Positions 10,890-21,615 of a stretch of DNA of 59,911 nt are shown here, piece by piece. The stretch covers positions 1-59,911 of the forward strand of contig CANPWE010000005.1 of assembly GCA_947581895.1 (NCBI GenBank), in the 5' to 3' direction. The number at the start of each line of letters is the position of its first letter. The first letter of the stretch is position 1. The notes under the pieces are model-generated. The model saw only the letters and a list, made by a program, of their open reading frames with translations. It ran no database searches and had not been told where the DNA came from. This stretch comes from an uncultured Clostridia bacterium. GTDB taxonomy: Bacteria > Bacillota > Clostridia > TANB77 > CAG-508. The translations under genes were made by a program, and so were the position numbers.

Positions 10890-11495
10890 ATGTTAGAAAG
10901 AAATAGTTTAGTTCCATATGTAATAGAGCAAACATCAAAAGGGGAAAGATCATATGATATCTTTTCAAGATTATTAAAAGACAGAATAATATTTTTAGGA
11001 GAAGATGTTAATGCAACTTCAGCAAGTTTAGTAATAGCACAATTATTATTTTTGGAATCAGAAGATCCAGATAAAGAAATATCATTATATATAAATAGCC
11101 CAGGAGGATCTATAACAGATGGTATGGGAATAGTTGATACAATGAATTATATTAAATGTCCTGTTTCAACAATATGTATAGGAATGGCTGCTAGTATGGG
11201 AGCTGTACTTTTAGCATCTGGAGAAAAAGGAAAACGTTTTGCTACACCAAATGCAGAAATTTTAATACATCAACCATTAATAGGTGGTGGAGGACTTTCT
11301 GGGCAAACTACAGAAATAAAAATCCATGCAGACCATATGGTAAAAACACGTGAAAAATTAAATAAATTATTGAGTGATAGAACAGGTCAACCATTAGAAG
11401 TAATTAATAAAGATACAGAAAGAGATAATTATATGACTGCACAAGAAGCTTTGGAATATGGGTTAATAGATGGCATTATGGAAAAAAGAGCATAA
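10890..11495 (+). CDS. clpP: ATP-dependent Clp protease proteolytic subunit
   Basis: [19 protein letters not shown], catalytic GMAASMG and ILIHQP motifs. Confidence 0.95.
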   Translation: MLERNSLVPYVIEQTSKGERSYDIFSRLLKDRIIFLGEDVNATSASLVIAQLLFLESEDPDKEISLYINSPGGSITDGMGIVDTMNYIKCPVSTICIGMAASMGAVLLASGEKGKRFATPNAEILIHQPLIGGGGLSGQTTEIKIHADHMVKTREKLNKLLSDRTGQPLEVINKDTERDNYMTAQEALEYGLIDGIMEKRA

Positions 11496-11719
11496 ATGTT
11501 TTAAATAAAAAATATATGTTAAAATTAAAAAACTAACAAAACATATAATGTATTTAATATACTGTAAAATTTAGTAAAAATAAAGTAAAACATAGTAAAT
11601 CAAAATTAGAATAAAACTAGAAAATATGGTAAAAAATACTAAAGAAATCTAAAACAAAATAAATGAAGAAAGGAGTGTATGATATATATTAATAAAAATA
11701 TATATTATACAATATAACA

Positions 11720-13051
11720 ATGCCAAGTAAAGAACAAAATAGAACAATTAGATGCTCTTTTTGTGGTAAAACACAAGAAGTTGTAGATAGGATTATTGCA
11801 GGACCTGGCGTATATATTTGTAATGAGTGTATTGGTGTATGCAATAATATTATTGAAGATGATTTATATGAAGAACAAGATATGACATATACAGTAGATG
11901 AAACAGACAAATTACCAACACCAGCCCAGATAAAAAGTATTTTGGATGAATATGTAATTGGTCAAGAAGATGCAAAAAAAACACTTTCAGTTGCAGTATA
12001 TAACCATTATAAAAGAATAAATAATAATGAATATATTATAGAAAAAAATAATAATAGTAATAGTGTTGAAATTCAAAAAAGTAATATATTATTATTAGGA
12101 CCAACTGGATGTGGAAAAACACTATTAGCACAAACATTAGCAAAAGTATTAAAAGTACCTTTTGCTATTGCAGATGCAACTACTTTAACAGAAGCTGGTT
12201 ATGTAGGTGAAGATGTAGAAAATATCTTATTAAAACTTATTCAAGCAGCAGATTATGATATCTCAAAAGCTGAAAAAGGTATTATTTATATTGATGAAAT
12301 AGACAAAATAACAAGAAAATCAGAAAATCCATCAATTACAAGAGATGTAAGTGGAGAAGGTGTTCAACAAGCATTACTAAAAATTGTTGAAGGAACAGTT
12401 GCTTCAGTTCCACCACAAGGAGGAAGAAAACATCCACATCAAGAATTTTTACAAATAAATACAGAAAATATATTATTTATTTGTGGAGGTGCATTTGAAG
12501 GTTTAGAAAAACTAATAAATGACAGAATAGGAAAAAAATCTATTGGTTTTGGGGCAAAAATAGAAAGTAAAAAAGAAATAGATAAAACTAAAGTATTTAG
12601 TGAATTATTACCACAAGATTTATTAAAGTTTGGCTTAATTCCTGAATTTGTTGGAAGATTACCTATTGTAGCAACTTTACAAGATTTAGATAGAGATGTG
12701 TTAATTCAAATTGTAACAGAACCACGAAATGCATTAGTAAAACAATATAAAAAATTATTTGAATTAGATGATGTGGAATTAGAATTTGAAAAAGAAGCTT
12801 TAGAAGCTATAGTAGATAAAGCTATTGAAAGAAAAACAGGTGCTAGAGGATTACGTGCTATATTAGAAGATATTATGAGGGATATAATGTTTGAAATTCC
12901 TTCAAATCCAAATATAGAAAAATGCATAATTACAAAGGAAACTGTTTTAAATGGGGAAAAACCAAAAGTAATTATAAATGATAATAAGCATATGAATACG
13001 ATTGCTAAAAAAATTAGAACCAAAACTAATACAGGAATGGAAACTGCATAA
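11720..13051 (+). CDS. clpX: ATP-dependent Clp protease ATP-binding subunit ClpX
   Basis: N-terminal C4 zinc finger CSFCGK...CNEC, Walker [19 protein letters not shown], sensor motifs. Confidence 0.95.
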   Translation: MPSKEQNRTIRCSFCGKTQEVVDRIIAGPGVYICNECIGVCNNIIEDDLYEEQDMTYTVDETDKLPTPAQIKSILDEYVIGQEDAKKTLSVAVYNHYKRINNNEYIIEKNNNSNSVEIQKSNILLLGPTGCGKTLLAQTLAKVLKVPFAIADATTLTEAGYVGEDVENILLKLIQAADYDISKAEKGIIYIDEIDKITRKSENPSITRDVSGEGVQQALLKIVEGTVASVPPQGGRKHPHQEFLQINTENILFICGGAFEGLEKLINDRIGKKSIGFGAKIESKKEIDKTKVFSELLPQDLLKFGLIPEFVGRLPIVATLQDLDRDVLIQIVTEPRNALVKQYKKLFELDDVELEFEKEALEAIVDKAIERKTGARGLRAILEDIMRDIMFEIPSNPNIEKCIITKETVLNGEKPKVIINDNKHMNTIAKKIRTKTNTGMETA

Positions 13052-13272
13052 TCAGAAAAATTAAAATAGTGTAGAAACTATATAATATAAATAGCTATAG
13101 ACTATGTTAAACACAATATAAATTTTGCTAAAATATAGTAAAATATAATTATATATGAAATACAAAAATATGTAGAAAAATAAAAATATAGAAACAATAT
13201 AAATTATTTGCAATTTAAAAAAAGATATGCTAAAATAAGCAAAGGAAAAATATATGAATGGAGAGTGTAAAA

Positions 13273-13521
13273 ATGACAACATTAAAAAATATAGTATTAG
13301 CAATTTATATAGTAATTTGTATAGCTGTAATAATAATAGCTACAATACAAACAAAGGATTCAAATGGACCTTCTGAAGCAATGACAGGTAGTTCTACAGG
13401 TAATTTTTATGAAAAAAATAAAGGAAGAACAAAGGAAGGAAAATTAAAAAGACTAACAATTATATTAGGAATTGCATTTATAATACTTTCAGTAGCATTA
13501 GGAGTATTATATGTAATATAA
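13273..13521 (+). CDS. secG: Preprotein translocase subunit SecG
   Basis: About 80 aa with two TM segments separated by a Gly/Ser-rich loop. Conserved position immediately upstream of rnr. Confidence 0.75.
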   Translation: MTTLKNIVLAIYIVICIAVIIIATIQTKDSNGPSEAMTGSSTGNFYEKNKGRTKEGKLKRLTIILGIAFIILSVALGVLYVI

Positions 13522-13543
13522 TTAATCAAGTCACCAGAAAAAA

Positions 13544-13585
13544 GCCTCAAAATTGTAGCTGTTACAGTATTTTGAGGCTTTTTAT
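13544..13585 (+). terminator. Rho-independent terminator of secG
   Basis: Stem gcctcaaaat/attttgaggc followed by TTTTT. Confidence 0.8.
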
Positions 13586-13633
13586 TTATTGGAAAGGAGA
13601 ATTTAGTATAATAAATATACTATAATAAATTTA

Positions 13634-16015
13634 ATGGAAGAAAATAAAGAAATAATTTTAAAATTTATGTCTGATGATAAATATGTTCCTATGAAACCAA
13701 AGGATATGGCATTTATATTAGGTGTGCCTAAAGATAAATATGCAGAATTTCATCAGGTTTTAAAACAACTTGAAAGTGAATATAAAATACAAATAACTAA
13801 AAAGGGAAAATGTTTATTAGTAGATAATAATACATATAAAACTGGAATACTAAAATTAAACCAAAAGAAGTTCGGATTTGTAAAAATTGAAGATTCAGAT
13901 GATGAAATATATATATCTAGTAATAACATAAATAATGCATTAAATGAAGATTTGGTATTAGTAGAAATAATAGAGCCAAATAGTAATAATGCTAATATGG
14001 AAGGAAAAATTATCAAGATATTAAAACACGAAAAAGACCGTATTGTTGGAACTTTCCAAAATAATAGAAATTTTGGATTTGTTGTGCCAGATGATAAAAA
14101 ATTTGGTACAGATATTTTTATTTCAAAAAAAGATTTTGGAAAAGCTAAAAATAATCAAAAGGTAGTAGTTAAAATAATTAAATATGCACAAAAAGGGAAA
14201 AAAGCAGAAGGAAAAATTATTGAAGTTTTAGGTAATAAAGATGAAGCAGGAGTAGATATGCTATCTTTGGTAAAAGAATATAATTTACCATATGAATTTC
14301 CAGAACCTGTATTAGAAGAAGCTAAATCATTAGAAATAAATATAACTGATAAAGAATTAAAAAGAAGAATAGATTTACGTAATAAAGAAATATTTACAAT
14401 TGATGGTGAAGATGCTAAAGATTTAGATGATGCTGTTTGTGTTGAGAAAAATGATGATGGAAACTATATTTTAGGAGTACATATAGCAGATGTTAGCCAT
14501 TATGTTAAAGAAAATTCTGCATTAGATAATGAGGCTATAATAAGAGGGACAAGTGTTTATATGATGGATAGAGTTATTCCTATGCTTCCAAAAGAATTAT
14601 CAAATGGAATATGTAGTTTAAATGAAGGAGAAGATAGATTTGCTTTATCTGTTATTATGGAAATTAATGATAAAGGACAGGTTATATCATCTGATATTAA
14701 AAAAAGTATAATTAAAGTTACTAAGAGGATGTCTTATACAAATGTATATAAAATTTTAAAGTATATTAATTATGAGGAGAGTATAAAAAATAATGAAAGT
14801 ATAAAAAATGAGGAAAGTATAAAAAATAATGAAAGTATAAAAAATGAGGAAAGCATAAAAAATAATGAAAGTATAAAAAATGAGGAAAGCATAAAAAATA
14901 ATGAAAATATTGAAAATGAGGAAAGTATAAAAAATAATAAAAATATTGAAAATGAGGAAATTATTAAAAATAATGAACCTAATGAAAATGAACAATTAAC
15001 AACTGAGGATATAGATTTAGTTAATAATGAATATAAACAATATTTTTCACATTTTAAGTTAATGGCAGAACTAGCATTAATACTAAAAAATAAGAGAGTA
15101 AATGAAGGAAGTTTAGATTTAGATGTACCAGAAAGTAAAATCATATTAGATGAAAATGGAGTTGCAATAGATGTAAAAAAATATGAAATAACTTTTGCAA
15201 ATGAGATTATAGAACAGTTTATGCTTATTGCAAATGAAACAGTAGCAGAGAAATTTTATTGGTTAGAAGCACCATTTATATATAGAGTTCACCCAGTTCC
15301 AGATATGGAAAAAATAAAAGAGTTAAATAAATTTATATGGAATTTAGGTTATAGAATCAAGGCAAATAAAGATAATATACATCCTAAAGCATTTGCAGAA
15401 GTGCTAGAACAGGTAAAAGGCAAACCAGAAGAAAGAGTAGTTTCTAATTTAATATTAAGAACTTTAAAAATTGCACAATATGAAAGTGAAAACCAAGGAC
15501 ATTTTGGAATCGCAAGTAAATATTACTGCCATTTCACATCACCAATAAGAAGATACCCTGATTTATTTATACACAGAATAATTTCAAAATACATAGAAAA
15601 AAATTATAATTTATCTGAAGAATATCTGGAGAAATATTCAGATGAAGCAAAAAAATATGCAAGAACATCTTCAGAAAGAGAAAAAGTGGCACAAAAAGTT
15701 GAAAGAGATAGTATAGAAATGAAAAAAGCTGAATATATGCAGTCAAAATTAGGTGAAGAATTTGATGGAATAATTTCTAATATTACTTCTTTTGGAATAT
15801 TTGTGGAATTAGAAAATACAGTTGAAGGATTAATTAGATTTGAAGATCTCGGAAATGAATATTTTATATATAATGAAGAACATAAAATGTTGATTGGAGA
15901 AAACACTAATATTATGTTTAAAATAGGAGATTCAATTCATATTAAAGTAATTGAGGCAAATAAAGAAACAAGAAGAATATCTTTTGCAAGAATAGAAAAT
16001 GAAAATAAAGATTAA
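13634..16015 (+). CDS. rnr: Ribonuclease R, carrying an in-frame tandem-repeat insertion
   Basis: RNB catalytic region (FTIDGEDAKDLDDAV, HFGIASKYYCHFTSPIRRYPDL) and a C-terminal S1 domain (GIISNITSFGIFVEL). Confidence 0.9.
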   Translation: MEENKEIILKFMSDDKYVPMKPKDMAFILGVPKDKYAEFHQVLKQLESEYKIQITKKGKCLLVDNNTYKTGILKLNQKKFGFVKIEDSDDEIYISSNNINNALNEDLVLVEIIEPNSNNANMEGKIIKILKHEKDRIVGTFQNNRNFGFVVPDDKKFGTDIFISKKDFGKAKNNQKVVVKIIKYAQKGKKAEGKIIEVLGNKDEAGVDMLSLVKEYNLPYEFPEPVLEEAKSLEINITDKELKRRIDLRNKEIFTIDGEDAKDLDDAVCVEKNDDGNYILGVHIADVSHYVKENSALDNEAIIRGTSVYMMDRVIPMLPKELSNGICSLNEGEDRFALSVIMEINDKGQVISSDIKKSIIKVTKRMSYTNVYKILKYINYEESIKNNESIKNEESIKNNESIKNEESIKNNESIKNEESIKNNENIENEESIKNNKNIENEEIIKNNEPNENEQLTTEDIDLVNNEYKQYFSHFKLMAELALILKNKRVNEGSLDLDVPESKIILDENGVAIDVKKYEITFANEIIEQFMLIANETVAEKFYWLEAPFIYRVHPVPDMEKIKELNKFIWNLGYRIKANKDNIHPKAFAEVLEQVKGKPEERVVSNLILRTLKIAQYESENQGHFGIASKYYCHFTSPIRRYPDLFIHRIISKYIEKNYNLSEEYLEKYSDEAKKYARTSSEREKVAQKVERDSIEMKKAEYMQSKLGEEFDGIISNITSFGIFVELENTVEGLIRFEDLGNEYFIYNEEHKMLIGENTNIMFKIGDSIHIKVIEANKETRRISFARIENENKD
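14777..14992 (+). repeat. 12 tandem copies of an 18 bp unit (encoding ESIKN[N/E]) in frame inside rnr
   Basis: Read directly: gagagtataaaaaataat/gaaagtataaaaaatgag alternating, degenerating toward the 3' end. Confidence 0.9.
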
Positions 16016-16278
16016 TATTTAGTATTGTTTCATAAATTTTTTAACTAAATAAATTACAAAACATATAATGAATATCTAATACTTTCTACGAAAAATAATT
16101 GTAAAGAATTTTAATTAAAATTATTATAAATCACAAAAAATATATTAATATACATTTTCAGGTTTACAGTTTTGCACTTTTACCTAATATATTTTTACAA
16201 AACCTCAATATAAGCAAATGAAAATAATATTAATATATTTTTTGGTGATATATAATGATTAGAATAAAAACTATCTAA

Positions 16279-16443
16279 TTATAGTAGAAATAATGTTACA
16301 TTAGCAAAAATAAAACAAAAAACATTAATAATTGCAACAGTTAAACTACCACTAATATTATTATTAACTTTATATTCATAAACTGCATAAGAAATATTCT
16401 TAATCAAAATCCAAATACTTAAAATACAAACTAAAATCTTCAC
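16279..16443 (-). CDS. Unannotated 54 aa two-TM membrane protein (GTG start) just downstream of the gerA-type operon
   Basis: GGAGG RBS (16450..16454) 6 nt before GTG. Translation: MKILVCILSIWILIKNISYAVYEYKVNNNISGSLTVAIINVFCFIFANVTLFLL. Absent from the ORF track. Confidence 0.4.
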   Translation of the reverse strand: MKILVCILSIWILIKNISYAVYEYKVNNNISGSLTVAIINVFCFIFANVTLFLL

Positions 16444-16479
16444 AAAAATCCTCCTAAAACATTGTTTAACACATTCTTA

Positions 16480-17911
16480 TTAAGGTGATTTATTAAATTC
16501 ATACCCAGAATTTACATACATATTAACTTTTACATCAAAAAAAGCATTTTTATAATTTTCAAGCCAATTTGAATTAATCCATTCATCCCATGTCAAGTAT
16601 TTAGATAAAGCATATTTACCAAATCCAGAAATATCAGAATGGAACTCTTTAGAAGTTTTATATAAATAGTTTTCTAATTGCACTTTCAAATATTCTTCAG
16701 TATAATCATTTATAGTATTTAAATCTACAGAGGAATCATAATTTGTAGCATCATCTAAAGAAAGACCAAATCCCTCTAAGAAAACTTCTATTGAAATATA
16801 TGGTGTACCATTAATGAACTCTAAATTGATTTTTGCATCTTTCTTTTTATTTATACGTAAATCTAGAGTAGAATTTCTAGTAAAAGGATCTGGTACTGAT
16901 ATAGTACATGTTTTTAGCTTATTTGTAACCAATAAAAAACATATAGTTTCCATACCAGTTAATTCCCCAACTAATTTATCATCATAAAAAACAGCAGTTC
17001 CAAATGTTTCTACACCGTTTTGAATCTTGAATTGGAGTTTCATTTGCCTTAGATTGACTGTCTGCTCCTATATCAACTTCATCATCACTACTAGAACTAC
17101 CACTAGACTCATTATTAGAGCCTTCGCCTTGAGAGCCACCACTAGATTCATTATTAGAGTCTTCGCCTTGAGAGCCACCACTAGATTCATTACCAGAACC
17201 CTCGCCTTGAGAACCACCACCAGATTCATTACCAGAGCCTTCACCTTCAGAGCTACTACTAGATTTACTACTAGAAGAATCTTCACTACCATTTTCACCA
17301 GATGATTGACTAGAATTTACACCACCTAAAATAGCATGTCCCTGCATAAAAGTACTCTTTACAGCACTTAAAAAATCAGTTAATTTAGTAGAAGTTGTAT
17401 AACCAGTATATTCACTAGAATTTAAAGCAACTTCATAATATCTAGCTGTTAATGTTTCAATAGAAGGAGAAGCGTTTTTTATAAAATCTTTTGCAGTACA
17501 TCTTGATATAATTACATTACAATCAGGTCTAATTTCAATATTATTTGCTAATGTATCTAAATACTCAGATATACCTTTTTCAGCTAATTCTTCAGATATA
17601 ACAATAACTTTACAATGTGATAAATTTACTTCTTTACTAATATAGCTATTAAATAAACCAATTCCAGAACTTATACTACTACAATCAATACTAATAGAAT
17701 CTGTTTTACTAGATTGACTACTTCCAGATTCTGAACTAGAACTTGGAATAGAAAATTGTAAAGTCAATGTTAGTGCTTTTTTATCTGACACATCTAATCC
17801 CATAGCAGTAGCATATGCTAAATCTTCAATACCACGAGAATCATAGCAACCAGAAAGTGAAGTAAGAGTTATTAATAATATACATAAAATTAAAAATAGT
17901 TTAGTTTTCAT
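16480..17911 (-). pseudogene. Germinant receptor C subunit (GerAC/Ger(x)C lipoprotein), split by a +1 frame break
   Basis: Lipobox LTSLSGC at the N-terminus (ORF 16982..17911). The conserved C-terminal part, FGTAVFYDDKLVGELTGMET..., lies in ORF 16480..17043. Total length is 3n+1. Confidence 0.8.
17097..17252 (-). repeat. 4 tandem copies of a 39 bp unit encoding a Ser/Gly/Glu-rich linker inside the gerAC-like gene
   Basis: Plus-strand units ccaccactagattcatta..agag..ttcgccttgagag, translated as GGSQGEGSGNESS repeats. Confidence 0.85.
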
Positions 17912-17933
17912 AATTACATACTGTATGAAATTT

Positions 17934-19038
17934 TCATACTTTTCCTTTCTTATTATTAATAATTTTTAATTTTAAATTAGCAAGAATTAATATAATTATG
18001 CTAAGTCCAAATATTAAAATTAAAGAACTAAATTTAAAAATTTTCCCTATTAAATTATTTATGGTTGCAAAATTACCAGGTAAAATTAGAAGTGTTAAAA
18101 TAAATAGATTAACAGTATAATTCATAGAACTTGAATCACATATTTTAGTTAATTTTTTAAAAATATATATACAAAAATATATTGCAATACTAATATAGGA
18201 AATTGTAGAAATTATCCATATTAGAATAAAAACTGCATCAATTCTTTGAATAAATCTGCCATATTCTAAATTTCTAGTTAATAAATATAATGAAAATGAT
18301 TCTCCACTTTTAAATGTAAATGCAAGTGATAATAAAATACAAGTTACACTTAAAAATAGATATATTCCAGATATTATTATTGATATAATAGAAATTTTCT
18401 TAAATTCTGTTGTCTTATTAATAAAAGGGTTGAGAAACAGTAAATAACCTATTCCAGAAAAACTAAATAAATTAGCTAATCCTTTAAAAAATGTCTCATT
18501 TACTCCATAACCTAAAATAGGAAATACACGTTGTGGAGAAAAATTTTTTATTGATGACAAAAGAATAACTATAATACTAATAAAAACTATTGGAATTATT
18601 ATAAGATTTGCCTTTGCTAGTACCTTTATTGAGAATTTATTAGCAATTGTGCTACTTACAATAAAAAATAAAACTATAAATATTAAAGGTGATGTTCTAA
18701 AATAGATTAATTGCAAATTTTCAGAAAAGTTTTTAATTACAAACATTGGAACTATTAGTAAAAAAGATATATAAAGTATACCCATAATAATTTTCAAAGT
18801 ATTTCCACCTAAAAACTCACAAACATCTAATATATCTTTACCTTGGAATTTTTTAAATAAATATGCAATAAACCATGTTATTAAAACTGCTACAATAGAT
18901 ACATATAATGAATTTAGCCATGCAGAAGATCCGAGTGCTAGAAATAATTTCTTTTGGTGTATTTAGTATTATTTTATTAGTCATTACAATTGCAACTAAT
19001 GCAATAGCTTCAATAAATCCAATTTTTTCTGAATTCAT
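17934..19038 (-). pseudogene. Germinant receptor B subunit (GerAB, APC-like permease), split by a +1 frame break
   Basis: The N-terminal piece (18853..19038) ends ...NTPKEIISST. The +1 frame continues GSSAWLNSLYVSIVAVLITWF... into ORF 17934..18797. Total is 1105 nt (3n+1), about 367 aa as expected for GerAB. Confidence 0.8.
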
Positions 19039-19094
19039 TAATATAAGTCTCCTTCCTTTTATAAAAGAAATTTAAATAATATTACTAAGCAAAA

Positions 19095-20813
19095 TTATTT
19101 AACTTTATTATTCTTCCACAACATACTAATTTTCCCTTGAGAATATTTTTTCTTAGGATTAACAATATTAGAGCGATTTTCCCTTTTCCAAATAGGAGGT
19201 AAAAAATAAGAAGCGGCAGCACGTTTATTATTGTGTAACATATATGGTCTAAGATATGGTGAACCAAATGATTTTAAGTTACACAAAAAGATTATTTGTA
19301 AAAATACCCCAACTGCAATACCTAAGAAACCTGCTATATATCCTAAGAAAATATAAATAAATCTACAAGCTCTTACTGTAAAATTTAAAGTAAGGTCAGG
19401 AATACTAAATGAGCAAATAGCAGTAATTGCAACTATTATAATCAAAACAGGACTAACAAGATTTGCATTAACAGCAGCATCACCAAGTATAAGACCACCA
19501 ACAATACCAATAGTTGGACCTATAGGGGAAGGTACTCGTATTCCAGCTTCACGAATTAGTTCAAATGATATTTCCATAAGTAGAATTTCTACAATAGTTG
19601 GAAATGGTACAGTTTCACGGGCTGCCTCAATTGTAAAAAGGAGCTCAGTTGGTAATAATTCATGATGATATGCAGTAACTGCAACATATATTCCAGGTAA
19701 AAATAATGCAATAAATACAGCCAATAACCTAATTAATCTTAACAAATCTGAAAATTGAAACCTAAAATTTATATCTTCAGGTGATGATAAAAAATCAGAT
19801 AAAACTCCAGGAGCAATTAAAACATATGGAGTACCATTTACTATAATAGCAACTCTTCCTTCTAAAAGGTGAATTACAGTTTTATCTGGTCTTTCTGTTG
19901 CAATAAGTTGTGGAAATAAGCTACTAGTACTATCCTGAACTAATTGTTCAAGTTGACCAGATGAAATTAAATGATCTATATCTAAATTATTAATTCTATA
20001 TTTTACTTCTGCAACTAAATCATTATTTGTAATATCTTTTAAATAACAGATAGCAACTTTTGTTTTTGTAATTTTTCCAACAGAGCAGTTTTCAATTACT
20101 AAGTTTTCATTATTAATAATTCTTCTTAACATAGAAGTATTTGTTCTTATATTTTCAACAAAAGCTTCTTGTGAACCTCTTATAATAACTTCATTTTGTG
20201 GGGAACTAATACTTCTTTGCTTAAAACCTTTAACATCAATATCAAAACCTATGTTTAAAGTATCTACTAATAAAAAACAATTTCCCATATTAATACCTGA
20301 AAAAGCATCTTCAAATTTTTCTATTTTTTTTACATCATTTTGTGGCATTAAATGATCAATTATATAATTTCCTAAATTAAATTTTTTAATTTTTCTAATT
20401 ATTACATCATTATTATTAAATTCAGAAATTATTTCTTTTTCATTTCCTGTATAGGTATTTGCTCTGTTACGTAGCATTAGTGGATTTAGAACTGAATTGT
20501 TTATTGTTTTTGAATCAACCATTCCATCTATATAAATTATAACAGCGTTATATTCTTTATCTCTAGCTGTTATAACAAATTCTCTAATTATAATGTCACT
20601 ATTTATTAGGCTATTATATTTTGTTTTTATAAAGTTCAGATTTTCATCTAGGTTTGTGTAAAAGTTAGTTGGTTCTAAGTCTTTAGCAGGGGAGACTGGA
20701 ACATTTTCTATATCTTTTACATTTTGTGATGCTAGAAAAAAGTTATATTCATTTTGTGGGTTATATTTGAAGAATTGAGTGTATAATTTTTTTAAAATAT
20801 TATTGTTGTTCAT
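19095..20813 (-). CDS. Germinant receptor A subunit (GerAA/GerKA family)
   Basis: Family-typical soluble N-domain plus a C-terminal 4-5 TM region (PFPTIVEILLMEISFELIREAGIRVP). First gene of the A-B-C operon. Confidence 0.9.
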   Translation of the reverse strand: MNNNNILKKLYTQFFKYNPQNEYNFFLASQNVKDIENVPVSPAKDLEPTNFYTNLDENLNFIKTKYNSLINSDIIIREFVITARDKEYNAVIIYIDGMVDSKTINNSVLNPLMLRNRANTYTGNEKEIISEFNNNDVIIRKIKKFNLGNYIIDHLMPQNDVKKIEKFEDAFSGINMGNCFLLVDTLNIGFDIDVKGFKQRSISSPQNEVIIRGSQEAFVENIRTNTSMLRRIINNENLVIENCSVGKITKTKVAICYLKDITNNDLVAEVKYRINNLDIDHLISSGQLEQLVQDSTSSLFPQLIATERPDKTVIHLLEGRVAIIVNGTPYVLIAPGVLSDFLSSPEDINFRFQFSDLLRLIRLLAVFIALFLPGIYVAVTAYHHELLPTELLFTIEAARETVPFPTIVEILLMEISFELIREAGIRVPSPIGPTIGIVGGLILGDAAVNANLVSPVLIIIVAITAICSFSIPDLTLNFTVRACRFIYIFLGYIAGFLGIAVGVFLQIIFLCNLKSFGSPYLRPYMLHNNKRAAASYFLPPIWKRENRSNIVNPKKKYSQGKISMLWKNNKVK

Positions 20814-20953
20814 ATTGATAAAATCCTTTCGATTTTTTGTTGATTATGTGTAGTATTTACAAAAATTATGAAAATATGTAAAAAATTTTTATTGGATGAT
20901 TAAAAAGTCAGTATAAAATTTTGAACTGAAAAGCTAGAATTAAATTACAACAA

Positions 20954-20960
20954 TGTCGAA
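20954..20960 (+). promoter_or_regulatory. Perfect Spo0A-box heptamer (TGTCGAA), intergenic
   Basis: acaATGTCGAAAAAat, between gerAA and the Sel1 fragment. Confidence 0.3.
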
Positions 20961-21100
20961 AAAATAAATAAATTTATAGTTACTTTCTTACAAATAAAAT
21001 GTTTATGTGTTAAATTTTTAATATAGAATAAATGTTATGGAGAAAGGTAAGTATAATATATTAAATTTTAAACTTTATTATATTATACAAGGTATGAAAA

Positions 21101-21328
21101 ATGGAAGATACAGAATTAAATGAACTACTAAAAGATTCAGAGAATGGAAATAGTGAGGCACAATATAAACTAGGGAAATACTATTACAATAGTAAAGATT
21201 ATGATAATGCTATTAAATATTTTAAAATGGCAATTGAAAATGAAAATGCAAGTGCAAGTGCAGAGATTGCATTAGCAGATTGTTATTTTTTTGGAAAAGG
21301 TGTTGAACAAGACCAGAAAAAGCATTAA
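21101..21328 (+). pseudogene. Sel1/TPR-like repeat protein fragment (truncated)
   Basis: Two Sel1-type repeats (AQYKLGKYYYN..DYDNAIKYFKMA; LADCYFFGKGVEQDQKK), then a premature stop. Another frame stays open for about 38 more codons. Confidence 0.5.
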
Positions 21329-21518
21329 CAGTTTAGATGATCTATTTGAGTTAGATGATATACCTAAGAAAAAGACAGAAGAAGAAATAGAAATACAAAA
21401 GAAATTGGAAAAAAAATTTAATGAACTTCTTCGGAAGAGTAGATGATTAGATACCAAGAGAATAAAGTGGACAACTTGAAGAAGATTTAGAATAAATAAT
21501 ATTATAATGATTAATTTT

Positions 21519-21597
21519 GAAAGATTTTGTTGAAAAAAGCAAATCTTTCACTAAACTGAAAGATTTGCTTGACAAACGAAAAATCTTTCACTATAAT
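21519..21597 (+). promoter_or_regulatory. Consensus sigmaA promoter with two copies of an inverted repeat (candidate operators)
   Basis: TTGACA (21569..21574), 17 nt spacer, TATAAT (21592..21597). GAAAGATTT/AAATCTTTC pairs at 21519..21549 and 21558..21589; the second spans the -35 and spacer. Confidence 0.5.
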
Positions 21598-21615
21598 ATT
21601 ATTGAGGTGGTAATT

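Noticed and set aside
13061-13303. 80 aa minus-strand ORF in the clpX-secG intergenic region
   Set aside because: It is composed only of AT-rich-codon residues (I, F, Y, L, S), has no RBS, and overlaps the secG start region. It is most likely spurious.
14756-15144. rnr tandem repeats considered as a CRISPR-like array; antisense ORFs 14756..14995 and 14770..15144
   Set aside because: The units are 18 bp, contiguous with no spacers, and perfectly in frame within a conserved RNase R gene. The antisense ORFs are repeat shadows.
2371-15906. Numerous antisense or alternate-frame ORFs within gpr, recN, lysS, M50, tsaD, tig, clpX and rnr (for example 2371..2607, 3832..4140, 5730..6044, 6651..7013, 7540..7848, 9446..9838, 9863..10186, 12706..13023, 15604..15906). 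The same pattern occurs later at 25310..25747, 33454..33915, 36738..37127, 37615..37986, 40173..40763, 51484..51825 and 53523..53861.
   Set aside because: Each lies wholly inside a confidently identified gene on the other strand or frame. All show low-complexity composition. They are shadow ORFs typical of AT-rich genomes.
17027-17305. ORFs 17027..17305 (+) and 17068..17298 (-) in the gerAC repeat region
   Set aside because: They are alternative-frame readings of the 39 bp repeat inside the GerAC-like gene. They are low complexity and have no translation signals.
21300-21460. Homopolymer (A5) frameshift that would rejoin the Sel1 fragment to the downstream open frame (LDDLFELDDIPKKK...)
   Set aside because: The downstream frame does not continue the Sel1 repeat pattern. 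No frame gives a convincing family match. I treat it as a truncated fragment and not as a simple frameshift.
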